Shown here: positions 23,900 to 34,734 of the stretch, piece by piece
How the letters are laid out: each line of letters begins with the position of its first letter
Position numbering within the stretch: the first letter of the stretch is position 1
Source: Picochlorum sp. SENEW3
Lineage: Eukaryota
Length of the DNA stretch: 64,000 bases
Direction of reading: 5' to 3'
NCBI GenBank assembly: GCA_034226945.1
Contig: CP120464.1
Span: forward strand, 434,001 to 498,000
Position numbers and translations under genes: made by a program
The notes under the pieces: generated by a model
What the model saw: the letters and a program-made list of their open reading frames with translations, nothing else
What the model was told of the DNA's origin: nothing
Databases searched by the model: none

Positions 23900-25330
23900 C
23901 TAGTCTAACACTTTTCCTTTGAGAAGAACTGTCTCATTGCTCCTTCGCCGCCTTGGCCTGGGAAGCAATGCAGGATGGCCACTTTCTATCGTCCTAGATG
24001 GAAGAGCAAGGGAGGAAGGGCTTGCAGTGCCACTAGAGTGAGAGGCAAGTAGGGGCTGCGGGACAAATGGGCTCAAGTTTGCCTGATGCCTCTGTGTTGA
24101 GACTACCCTTTCTAGTGGAGACTGTTGATGAAACCTTTTCAATGTGCCCATCAACTCATGTATTTGATCATGTAATTGTTTCTGATATACTTCCAGGGGG
24201 TTTGGTATCTGATCGGCACTGGCAATCCTGGGAATATTAACAGAAGGTCCTGAACTAGTAGCAGCAGCAGTACCACGGGACGTATCTCGATGCTCAGCCA
24301 ACCCTATCGTGTCACTGCCACCTTCAGGTGCCATATGAGCTGCGTCCTCCTTTGCCATCTCTGCATATTTGGCCTTTTCCTCCGCAGACAACTGTTGCCA
24401 TGCTTTGCCTGCTTCCTTTGAAAGCTCTGGCATACTCAACTTCTTCCAATCAGGCCGCAGGTCGAAATGCTTCTTAAACTGTTCAAAAAAGTATAGAAAG
24501 ACTCCTTTTCTCTTTTTCTGGGCACCATCATCGCTCTCCATGCGATGAGCCAGTTTGTCTTTGGCATATCGCTCCTTGTCTTGTGTTGCCATCTCCACAA
24601 AAGGCTTCTTCTCCTCATCTGACAAGGCTTTCCATGCTGCACCCGCCGCCTTGGTCATCTCCGTCAAATTTGCATCCGGATGTGTCTTTTTATACGCCGC
24701 TCGGAACTGCATAGAATAGAAAATAAAGGCTCCCTTGGGCCTTGGAACTACTGGTGGTCGTTTCCTCTTCCTCTTTGTGCTACCCTGCTGCGCTGGTTCC
24801 GAAGACGACGGCTCCGCATGTGCAGCAAAAAACTTCAAATCCTGCGAACCCTGCCTGAGAAGTGCATCAGTGACATCCACCTCTTGCTGACCTGTCTGCA
24901 GGCAAGGTTTTCCTGGGTCTACTCCCCCCACAGAGCCACTTGTATTCATCGAATCTACCCCACTTGTATCTCGAAATGTGATAGAACTCGACTCCATACT
25001 TTTATTTACATGTGGATAAAACGAAAACAACTCGCTCGTCGTGCCTGTCTATCCACAACCCAGAATATCAATGAGTACCCTATGCTTTCTCTACATGAAG
25101 CATGCCAACTCATGCACTCTGACAGTATACATACGTATCAGAAATGAATCTTGGACGCCTTGGAAGATGCATGACACCCTATTACCAGCGGGAGTTTCTT
25201 CCAGCCACCATTCACTTTTGGTCAGTCCAAGAAAATCTGACCAAGAGTAAGATGCAAAGACTTTGGTACCGTCCTTCAAAGAAAATTGGGCGCCTTCAAA
25301 CGTGATCTCTCGCGATTGCCATTGGGCCAT
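23900..25330 (-). CDS. Protein with two HMG boxes
   Basis: PRPKGAFIFYS...KAAGAAWKALSDEEKKPFVEMATQDKERY, and a second box ...EAGKAWQQLSAEEKAKYAEMA. The upstream exon (from 25330) is inferred. Confidence 0.8.
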
Positions 25331-25417
25331 TTACGTGAGCCACAGGACCATCCGTATTGGCACAGTTGAAAAGATTGCAAATACGTGTGTAAAGGACACC
25401 ATCGAATTATAGACGAG

Positions 25418-27199
25418 ATGAGTTACTTTCTCAACTCGAAGGATCAGATTGTCCAAGACTCCATCGACGGGTTTCTCCAATTATGTCCAAATCTCTGTCG
25501 CTTGGATGGATATCCATCTACAAAGGTCGTATTAGATCGAAAGAGATACGCATTAATGGATCAAAACACCCCACACGGCGTTGCTGTTCTCAGCGGAGGT
25601 GGGAGTGGGCACGAACCGGCTTTTGCAAAGCTTTGTGGATCTGGGTTTCTGTCGGCGGCTGTGTGCGGTGAGATCTTTGCGAGTCCGTCAGAGAGCTCAA
25701 TATTGACTGCACTTCGTCATACCATCACGGCCTCTGGGGCTCTTATTGTCGTGAACAACTACACAGGAGACAAGCTGAATTTTGGTGCTGCCCTGGAGAA
25801 GATCAAAGCAGAGACTGGATACGATGCCCGGATGGTCATAGTCGCTGACGATGTGGCCTTACGATCGTCTTCAAATGTTCGGAGTAAAGTTGGAGCGAGA
25901 GGGCTCGCTGGGTGTATGCTCGTGTTAAAGTGTGCTGGGGCATGGGCAGCTCAAGGTAGATCACTTTCCGAGGTAGAACAGATGACAACGCGCGTTACCG
26001 AGTCCATCACAACAATGGGATGCGCTGTATCATCCTGTACATTACCTGGACAAAAGACAAAGCGAATTTTGAACGAAGGGGAACTTGAGATGGGGCTAGG
26101 AGCACATGGTGAACCAGGTGCATGCCGGCAAACCATGAAAAGTGCCGATGAGGTGGTTTTGGAAATGGTGGAGAGAGTGGGGTGCATCGGAAAATACGAA
26201 GACGACCAAAAGGTATCTCCTGGGGATCGTGTGGTTATTTTACTGAATAATCTTGGTTCTATTACGCAGCTTGAGATGGGCATCATTGTCTCCTCGACAA
26301 TCAAGGCTGTGAAACACACTCTCGGTGCTCGAATCGAACGGTTTTACTCAGGCATGTTCCTCAGTTCGCTAGATATGAAGGGATTCAGTATTTCTTTGCT
26401 TCGAATCAAACAAGGCGCAGAGGGGGATGAGGTCCTCCGAGCGCTCGATGCACCAACTGATGCCCCAGGATGGCCACATTGCACAGTCCAGGCACCTATA
26501 CCTCAGAAGGATTTTGTCGTACCTTTGAGGACCGTGTCTGCGGCAAGAGATGAAACAGTTGAGAGAAAGAAATATATGGATACCGTATATCGAGTGATTG
26601 TATCCGCCTGTGACAGTATCATTGCTTGCTCAGACCTTTTGAATGAGCTCGATGCTGCCATTGGCGATGGAGACTGTGGAGACACATACTTCATCGGCGC
26701 AACAAAGGTGAAAGAGTCAGACAGCGTGAAGAATGCGCCCACCTTATCAAAAGCTCTATTAGAAATCTCAAACATCGCTGGCGAAGACATGGGAGGAAGC
26801 AGCGGAGCTCTCTTGAAGATTTTCTTCGTAGCCTTTTCCAGTGCATTGCATGAGGATGCTGATGTATTATCTCTGAAGGACATATCCACTGGCCTTCAAC
26901 GAGGCTGCGAGAAGATGAGTTACTATGGTGGAGCTGTATTGGGTGACAGTACAATGTTGGATGCTCTCATACCTCTATCGAATGCGGTACAGCAAGCAGC
27001 ATCCACAGATGGCGGGCTAGCCACGTCCCAGCAGGCCCTTGAAGCAGCACAGAGCGGCGCAGAAAGCACAAAACACCTCGTGGCAAAAGCAGGAAGGGCG
27101 TCATATGTTCCAGAGAATGCTCAAAAGGATATTACCGATCCAGGATCTGAAGCTGTCGTTGCCATCATGCGGGGTATTCATGATGAACTCCATAAATAG
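25418..27199 (+). CDS. Dihydroxyacetone kinase / triokinase (Dak1 + Dak2 domains)
   Basis: SGGGSGHEPA, GEIFASPS, NYTGDKLNFG, GARGLAG, GLGAHGEPG, GDGDCG, MGGSSG, AKAGRASY. Confidence 0.93.
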   Translation: MSYFLNSKDQIVQDSIDGFLQLCPNLCRLDGYPSTKVVLDRKRYALMDQNTPHGVAVLSGGGSGHEPAFAKLCGSGFLSAAVCGEIFASPSESSILTALRHTITASGALIVVNNYTGDKLNFGAALEKIKAETGYDARMVIVADDVALRSSSNVRSKVGARGLAGCMLVLKCAGAWAAQGRSLSEVEQMTTRVTESITTMGCAVSSCTLPGQKTKRILNEGELEMGLGAHGEPGACRQTMKSADEVVLEMVERVGCIGKYEDDQKVSPGDRVVILLNNLGSITQLEMGIIVSSTIKAVKHTLGARIERFYSGMFLSSLDMKGFSISLLRIKQGAEGDEVLRALDAPTDAPGWPHCTVQAPIPQKDFVVPLRTVSAARDETVERKKYMDTVYRVIVSACDSIIACSDLLNELDAAIGDGDCGDTYFIGATKVKESDSVKNAPTLSKALLEISNIAGEDMGGSSGALLKIFFVAFSSALHEDADVLSLKDISTGLQRGCEKMSYYGGAVLGDSTMLDALIPLSNAVQQAASTDGGLATSQQALEAAQSGAESTKHLVAKAGRASYVPENAQKDITDPGSEAVVAIMRGIHDELHK

Positions 27200-27432
27200 A
27201 ATATTAAGACAGTCAACGCGGCTGATGAAAAAGAACAACCCAGTGGAGGTCGACGCAGGTTCGACGTTCCAAATATCTCAAAGTCGAGGCAGTCAATGTC
27301 CCCAGGGAAATACTAATTGTTAATAATTTAATACAACGGGATATAGAGTAGTGTTTGATCGGGTAAAGGCGAGATTACCGATAATTTGGTGGCATTCGGG
27401 TACTCCCAACCGTGAGCTTTGATCTGTCTACC

Positions 27433-28713
27433 ATGAAGCATTCATCTTTGAAACCGATTGAAAGATCTTATTGGACCAGTCCTGTGAGGAAGCAACACCG
27501 TATTGTGGCAAGTCCCTCGAAACAGAATGAGGTACGTCTTTGCATCTGAAACCTCAAGAGCCAAGGGATCTTCTTGAGTTTCTATATTCTTATATGTCCA
27601 CGATTTGTATATACGTATGTGGTTTGGGTATGTACTGGAGTAAACCGTACTGATTGAATGCAGTCCTCTGAGCACCAGGTTGGTGGAACCACTGTGGCAT
27701 ATTCTCTTCAATTGGAGGCTCAGTATGCCACACCGACCCAACGCACGAGACCTGTAGTCCTTCCTGGGGATCCGGAACCGTTGCTTGCGTACGAGATGAT
27801 CAAAGGTAATCTGGTGAGGTTTTCATCACCAGAGTCTACAGCAAGCCGTCCTCCTCCTACGGCTGTTCTGGTGCATGGTGTTCTGGGTTCGAAACGGAAT
27901 ATGCATTCTTTTGCTAACAAGTTGGTGAGGGGATATCCGCATTGGCAGGTGTTGTTGGTGGACTTGAGGTGTCATGGTGATTCAGCAGAAATTACACCAG
28001 CACTGCGGAATCAGTCTCATTCTGTGGAGTCTGCTGCAGATGACGTGTTGAAATTGTTGCAAGCTTTGAAATTATTTCCAGAAGTATTGATTGGACATTC
28101 TTTTGGAGGGAAAGTCGTCATGTCGATGGCACATCAGTTTGGCTCTGGGATAAAGAGGCTTCCCCGTCCTGTCCAAGTGTGGGTGTTGGATGCTCTTCCG
28201 GGGGATGTTCGTTCGGTGGCAACTGGATCAATGGATGGACCAGAGCATTTGATTAAAGCGCTCAAGAGTACTCCTTTACCAATAAAGAATAGATGCGAAT
28301 TGGTGAACTTTTTGGAAGAGAGGAGATTTTCTCATGGAATTGCTGCATGGGCTGCTACAAATTTGACCCCTCTTGATAATGGGATGGGATTGACATGGAG
28401 GGTGGATTTAGAGGGTATCGATAGGATGTATCGCTCATATGCGACGACCAACCTGTGGCCCCTGTTGGAACATCCTGCAGATGGGATTGAGGTTTCCTTT
28501 GTGAGAGCTGAGCGTTCCAGTTTCAGATGGAGCGGAGAAGATCAGGATTTAATCCAAGCGTATGGGCATCGGGTTCATTTGTTACGAAACAGCGGTCACT
28601 GGGTGCATGCGGATAATCCAGATGGACTGTTTGATATTATATCCTCAAATTCATTCGGAACACCAGATATCCATATGCAACGCAGCCCTGGATCTCCGAG
28701 CTCGCTCAACTGA
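27433..28713 (+). CDS. Alpha/beta hydrolase, ABHD11-like
   Basis: VHGVLGS, VDLRCHGDS, nucleophile elbow GHSFGG, GHWVHADNP. 5' exon inferred. Confidence 0.85.
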
Positions 28714-29076
28714 GCAGTCTAGTTAGTCGTGAACAGAACTCTAGATGTATAAATACGGAATAAAGCGACGAATTTTCAATAATGAGTGTGTGTACTGTGA
28801 GGAATAATAATCATGTATCATAATGAATGATTCTTTTCATTTGTAAAAAAAATCAGTCTCTTCTCCTACTAGCTCACATGTGAGACTGCTGTCTCACAGC
28901 TATGGATGCGTTTTGTTACACAAATATTTTTGGGAAAAAAAATATACAAGGGTGCTCAAACTGCATCCATTTTTTTACGCTTCAAGAGATGATGACACCT
29001 GTTTGTCATGCAACCACATCACAATGAAACATTACCATGTGGCATCCCCTGAAGGATATTCAAGGAAACTATACAC

Positions 29077-30406
29077 TTAGTTTCCTGGGACGAACTTGGT
29101 GGCGTTGGCGAATCCGTTGTTGACGGTTGGGTCAGCCAAGTGGTCAGCCAAGTTCTCGAGTGGTCCCTTTCCAGTCACAATAGCCTGGACGAAGAATCCG
29201 AACATGGAGAACATAGCAAGACGACCGTTCTTGATCTCCTTCACCTTGAGCTCAGCGAGGGCATCTGGGTCATCAGCAAGTCCAAGTGGATCGAATGGTC
29301 CTCCTGGGTAGAGGGCATCGAGTCCCTGGAGGGAGTCGATTGGTCCCTCACCGGCGGCACGGAAAGCCTCAGCCTGTCCCATGAGGATCACCTGGCAAGC
29401 GACGGTGGCAATGATGGACTGAGCGTGGACCAAGGATGGGTTTCCGAGGTAGTTAAGTCCATCATCAGAGAAGATGGATGCTCCAGCCTTGAACCAGACA
29501 GCGGAGTCTCCGAAGTCAGCAACTCCGTTGTTCTGGAGGAGCTCTGGGGTGAGGCATCCGAGGGCTCCCAACATAGCCCATCTGGCGTGGATCACCTCGA
29601 GCTCTCTGTTGCGGGCAAAGGTCTCTGGGTCGGCGGAAAGTCCGGCGGTATCCCATCCGTAGTCTCCTGGGAACTCACCAGTGAGGTAAGATGGGGTGTT
29701 GTCCTCAGAGAATGGACCAAGCCACTTGGCTCTGTCTGCACCACAAAAACAAAAAATGACATCAGATGTAACGTGAACATCATCCCTCGTATGCGCCCAA
29801 CCCCTCATCCGAACACACGAGCGTCTGCCGAAGAGTGCTGATTCCACCAAATCCTTCCGGATAAGATGGAGCTAGGATAGATACGATATCCTTCACTCTC
29901 ACAACTCGGCCACACCGTTGCATCGCAGTCCTCCATGCTTGAAATGAACCAATAAAAGGTTCAAAACAGCATTAGAAGCCACGATATCTCGTATGCTCGT
30001 GGGTTGAAATCGCACCAGAAAGCTTTACGTACCTGGTCCGTAGAACTCGACAGCGGCACGGGTCACCTGGCGGGATCCCTGCAAATATAAATATCAGTAA
30101 CATCAGATTGTATTCAGATACATGCTGATTGCCTTGTAGCACCACTCTGGGTCTCTCCTCGGACCAAGACAATTTCTGGCATTGGTTGGGATACCAGCCC
30201 TTGCAACCTTTCACGCATCATCGTTGTATCAGAACACTAGTTCTAAGCTCTTGTACAACTCTTGACGGCCTATAGGTCTACTGGGTTGGCACCTACGAGG
30301 GGCACAGACACGGGAAAGCAACACGTCAAGCACAGACAGACAGAAGACGTACACGGGTGGTGGAAACCTTGTTAAGTCCGAAAGAGCGAGCAACAGCGGT
30401 CTGCAT
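29077..30406 (-). CDS. Major light-harvesting chlorophyll a/b-binding protein of LHCII (Lhcb/LhcbM)
   Basis: Exons at about 30406-30353, 30078-30033 and 29735-29077: MQTAVARSF...[16 protein letters not shown]...[10 protein letters not shown]...[13 protein letters not shown]...[10 protein letters not shown]. Confidence 0.97.
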
Positions 30407-30710
30407 CTTGATTTGTTTGAATAGATCGTCGAAATTTGACTGGAAATGAAATTATCGAGAATTAAAAGTACCGGGGTTGGGCAGATCCTGTATCTTGATC
30501 ATCAGCATAGATTTTCGTGAACATTGATTCCCGAAAAGGATGGCCTTGGATGACACGAAGAATGACACTATAGTCCCATCAAAGCGATCCTTTGATGGGA
30601 CATCTTGTGATATATCGCCGATAGGAAAAAATCTTTGGTTATCTTGATGTGGTTTCGGGTCCTTTTGTCCCCGGGATCATCAATCTATCTTGATTTCGAT
30701 ATGGTCTGAT

Positions 30711-33587
30711 TTACATGTCTTTCTTGGTATCTTGCTTGTTCAGTTTCTTTGAAGGATCAGGTCCAAGGAATTTCGGGAGACCGTACTTTTCCCAAATCTT
30801 ACCCTGCTCAGGGAACCAGCCGACTGCTCCAGGTCTGAGACATGGTGGTGTGTACATGAGTTGAATCTCGTCTGGGCTTTGGATGGTTGGAGCTGCATAG
30901 GACAGCTGCAATGGAGTTGCTTCCAGAAAGCTCGTCACTTTTCTATGCATATACGATCTCGCCATGTAAATGATGAAGGCATTCAGGATTGCCAAGAGTC
31001 CTCCCTCCCAAAAGAAGCTCTTTGAAATGAACAGACAGGCGACAAAAAAGGTGGCAATATACAAGGTTGCTATATAGCAGGAGGCAAAGCTTTTCCACAT
31101 CGCGCCCAGCGAATTATAGCAAGGTTCATAAAAGTGGATGCAGTTGTATCGCCAAGCAATCCATGAAGTTAGGAAGAAACCCCAGCATAATGGCAAAACC
31201 AATGGGCTGATGACACTGTAGCTTAATCCAATGATGAATATCAAGAGGAAGCTGGCATAGTGCCGTGCTCCTCGAAACGATGGTGGGCTGCGTATGATCC
31301 AAGACTCCCTATCTGTATATGGTTGTGGTGCAAGCCGAAACAGTCTCAATACCTGGAAAAGGACAGTCCCATCATGAGGCCAGACAAACCGAAACAGGTT
31401 GGTGAATAGACAGTGAACTGCAACATAGTTTAGAAAAAAGTTTGAAGCCCCCGGAAGTGACTCACCCAAGAGCGACGAGAAGCTTCCTTGGGAGAATGCC
31501 TGCCCTATCTGCGACAATGCTGCTCCACCAACCACACCCATGAGAAATGTGTTGACTACTGAAAACACATAGAGCTGTATTGTCAGGGCCTGATCAAGTT
31601 TTGTAAAAGAGGAGTGAATTCGTAATCTCTGAGTCACCATATATAGCATTAATGGCATGAAAAATGTATCCCAGAAGGCTGATAATGCAACAGGAAGAAT
31701 AGATGTCAGGAGGGTGGTTGGAACAACAGCTGCTGAATCACAGTAGCTGCTCCAGTATAAATCATTCGTCTCTGGAGTCCCGCCGCAGACTGCAACGGTA
31801 AAATTTGACAAGGCCCCTGTGATTGCTCCGATGGGAAACAAAATGAGCAGGACATACACTGGAATCATCAACATCAAAACATTTTGTTGCTGTGCTGCGG
31901 TGCTCCACAAGGCCTGGAAATTGACTTCGTCAGCGCCTGGCGCGACACTGGCAACCATATTTATATTCGGAGTGATTCCAATCTCTCCATGTCTTGCTTG
32001 CCGAGCATCTGCTTGATTCGAAAATATGGCAAATGCAGCTGTATCTGCTGGTCTCTCTAGTGCCTCACGTCTCAGTTCAACAATCTTTGCTTCCAAATTC
32101 TTCTTCTTATCTATCAAGGAAGTCAACGTATCGTTCAATTTTTGAATTTTCAGTGTCGTCCTCGTCTGCATGCAGCGAGAAAACATTCCTCCAGAATGTG
32201 CCATCTCCACATCCTTTTCCTCTTGCATATTGTGCTTTTTTAAGAGTCCATCCAATGCACTCTGCTGGGAATGAATTTTGGCAACTGTCTCATCCCATGC
32301 TTGTATCGCTTCATCAGTGGATCTGTAATAGTACACGGGAACCAGCTTCATAAAACTCTCAGGAAACAGCATTTTCAAATCTCCCTCCAACATGTTCAAC
32401 CTGTCGCCAAATCCTGTATCATTATACTCGTGCTGTATATATTCATTTTCACAATACATGAGGGATATTACTTTTGAAACTTCTGCGTGTACATCATGGC
32501 CCTTTCTCTCCTCGACATCCCCAGCATTCCGATACTCCACAACATAATTGTGTGCAGATGTAGAGCATGGGGCATTATTCCTCCGAGGAAGCATCCCACC
32601 ACAAGATTTCCTATACGCCCAATTTGACTTCCCTAACAATACCCCTCGAGGCTTGTACACACTATTCACACATGCGGGAGTATCCTCTGGAGACTGCCAC
32701 CATGGATGCACAGGCTCTTGAACATCATCATCATCATGAACTATCGTATCTTCACGTGCTTCAGTCTTTTGTGGTACTTCTAATATGCGCTCATAGGATG
32801 CCCTGCATAGTCGAATAAATGCAAGGTCCTGCGAATGCATGTGCCACGGAGAAAAGAAACTGGCAGCTGCCTTGATCCACAACAGAAACCCACGCGTGTC
32901 ACCTACAACCTTTCTATAGTCCTCATCTTTCGATAAATCGGCAAACAATGCCATTGGATATAACCCCAATGTCTGAGACACTTCGACCCGATGCTCTTGA
33001 AGCATTCTAAATGCAGCATAGGACTTCAAATGCATAAACACAGCCCACAGCGCATACAGGGTAAACCCTATAAACATGACCCAGGGAACCCATAGAACAG
33101 GATCTTTACTAGCTACATTTGACATGGAATACGTCATAATGACGTCCGCATTCGTTGTCGTCTCTGCCAGGTACCCAGACGTCTTGTACAATGGAATCAA
33201 CACTGCAGAGCCAAATGCAGCCAATGGAAGGAATAATTGAGCCCCTAGCGTATTAATCCGAACCATCATCAAACTATCTAATCCAGCAGAGCGAAACAGA
33301 TCCACATCCCTCGTACCAAAGACAGGATAGAGGAAAGAAAATGCTCTATCAACATGGGTTTTGGTACGAAAGGGACTAGGTCTGTACCGCAAATCGGATA
33401 TTTGCGTCGCTCTCTTGTGATATATAGACTTCCATGATGGTATATTCCGTAATATTGTAAACAAAAGGACAACGGCAGCTCCTCCAGCAGCTGACAACCA
33501 AATACTCGTGACAAGTTGACTGCTGTCGATGACGTTGTAACACTCAAAACCACCCTCAACACACGACGATGTCGTGTTATTAGACAT
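30711..33587 (-). CDS. OSCA/TMEM63/CSC1 (ERD4-like) mechanosensitive cation channel
   Basis: AGLDSLMMVR, TAAFAIF, APGADEVNFQAL, LGESLPGASNFFLNY, IGLSYSVISPLVLP; about 11 TM segments. Confidence 0.9.
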   Translation of the reverse strand: MSNNTTSSCVEGGFECYNVIDSSQLVTSIWLSAAGGAAVVLLFTILRNIPSWKSIYHKRATQISDLRYRPSPFRTKTHVDRAFSFLYPVFGTRDVDLFRSAGLDSLMMVRINTLGAQLFLPLAAFGSAVLIPLYKTSGYLAETTTNADVIMTYSMSNVASKDPVLWVPWVMFIGFTLYALWAVFMHLKSYAAFRMLQEHRVEVSQTLGLYPMALFADLSKDEDYRKVVGDTRGFLLWIKAAASFFSPWHMHSQDLAFIRLCRASYERILEVPQKTEAREDTIVHDDDDVQEPVHPWWQSPEDTPACVNSVYKPRGVLLGKSNWAYRKSCGGMLPRRNNAPCSTSAHNYVVEYRNAGDVEERKGHDVHAEVSKVISLMYCENEYIQHEYNDTGFGDRLNMLEGDLKMLFPESFMKLVPVYYYRSTDEAIQAWDETVAKIHSQQSALDGLLKKHNMQEEKDVEMAHSGGMFSRCMQTRTTLKIQKLNDTLTSLIDKKKNLEAKIVELRREALERPADTAAFAIFSNQADARQARHGEIGITPNINMVASVAPGADEVNFQALWSTAAQQQNVLMLMIPVYVLLILFPIGAITGALSNFTVAVCGGTPETNDLYWSSYCDSAAVVPTTLLTSILPVALSAFWDTFFMPLMLYMVTQRLRIHSSFTKLDQALTIQLYVFSVVNTFLMGVVGGAALSQIGQAFSQGSFSSLLGESLPGASNFFLNYVAVHCLFTNLFRFVWPHDGTVLFQVLRLFRLAPQPYTDRESWIIRSPPSFRGARHYASFLLIFIIGLSYSVISPLVLPLCWGFFLTSWIAWRYNCIHFYEPCYNSLGAMWKSFASCYIATLYIATFFVACLFISKSFFWEGGLLAILNAFIIYMARSYMHRKVTSFLEATPLQLSYAAPTIQSPDEIQLMYTPPCLRPGAVGWFPEQGKIWEKYGLPKFLGPDPSKKLNKQDTKKDM

Positions 33588-33607
33588 TGTATGTAGTATT
33601 ACATTTT

Positions 33608-34036
33608 TTATTTACTATGCTCGGGTCCCGATGGGAATGCAGACTTACCAAATGACAATGCTTCCTTTTCCAACCGAATCAGCCGCGCCTTTTGATCATC
33701 TGACAACGCCTCTGCGGACGATTGATCCAATTCTCCCGATGGACTCGCGCCATCTGGAAACACAAGATCAGATGGCGACGCAGCTCCATCGTTGCTCTGG
33801 TGAGAGGATGTAGGGTCCTGCATCTGTCTCTGTGCTAGCAAGACTCCACAATAGGCATCCCACTGCTTCACAAACTCTTCCCATTGATCATCACGCACAT
33901 TGCTATCTACATGCCTTATAAATTCATCTCTAAAGTACCGATCGCCCAACTGCCTCATGTGTTCAGGAAGACACCTGACGTGAGCCCTCAGCACCCTCCT
34001 GTAGAGAGATACAGCAGCTCGCCTCCTCTGATCCAT
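33608..34036 (-). CDS. SDHAF3: Succinate dehydrogenase assembly factor 3 (ACN9/LYR family)
   Basis: LYRRVLRAH...LPEHMRQLGDRYFRDEFIRH...F...W..Y; C-terminal LSDDQKARLIRLEKEA. Confidence 0.9.
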   Translation of the reverse strand: MDQRRRAAVSLYRRVLRAHVRCLPEHMRQLGDRYFRDEFIRHVDSNVRDDQWEEFVKQWDAYCGVLLAQRQMQDPTSSHQSNDGAASPSDLVFPDGASPSGELDQSSAEALSDDQKARLIRLEKEALSFGKSAFPSGPEHSK

Positions 34037-34098
34037 CCTTACAACCCACTATCTATTATAGATGTACTTATCTAATGATATTAGGCACTCGTGCACGT

Positions 34099-34317
34099 CT
34101 ATGCGCTGCCGGCTCCACCGTCTGAGGTTGATGATCCCGTCAAAGCGTTCATTTGCTGGTTTTCAAAGTCGACTGCCTGTTGTTCTCTATCCATTTCAAT
34201 AATCAAAGGGACAATTAATACTAAGAACGCAGTTCCTGCGATCCAAGCTGCTTTTCCGGTGCTCTTGGTGAGCTTTCTGACAGAGGTGCTGACGTCTTGC
34301 AGGGCGTTGGCAATCAT
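34099..34317 (-). CDS. TOM22: Mitochondrial import receptor TOM22 (plant TOM9 type)
   Basis: KLTKSTGKAAWIAGTAFLVLIVPLIIEMDREQQ is the plant TOM9/TOM22 signature. Confidence 0.93.
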   Translation of the reverse strand: MIANALQDVSTSVRKLTKSTGKAAWIAGTAFLVLIVPLIIEMDREQQAVDFENQQMNALTGSSTSDGGAGSA

Positions 34318-34734
34318 CTTAATATTGATATATATACAATATATGTAGTATTGTGGTGTCTTTGCGGATGTGCGCTGTATTGTATAGAAGAGGACTGGGA
34401 ATGGCATGGCACACAAATCTTCCATATTTGGGTATCATAAAACAACATACATACAATTATTTACATGCACAAGGAATACAAGTATTGTAGATCATCTATA
34501 CATCCAGTGTGACAATACGATTTTCGATTATGATACCAAAGTGGTGGGCTCATATAAAGTCAAAAAAATTCATTTGGATTTATGCACATGGCTGGTGGGT
34601 GGGTGGCACATCCTTCCACACCAAGCACATGTGCTGAGGATACAAGACAAAAAAATCAGCTCAATTATAGTTGTGTCCCATAACTGCTACATTTTCAGTA
34701 GCGTGTGGGTGTATTGGATTCATCCTGAGGAGGA

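Noticed and set aside
29140..29841. 233-aa + strand ORF
   Set aside because: Antisense shadow of the codon-biased LHCII gene.
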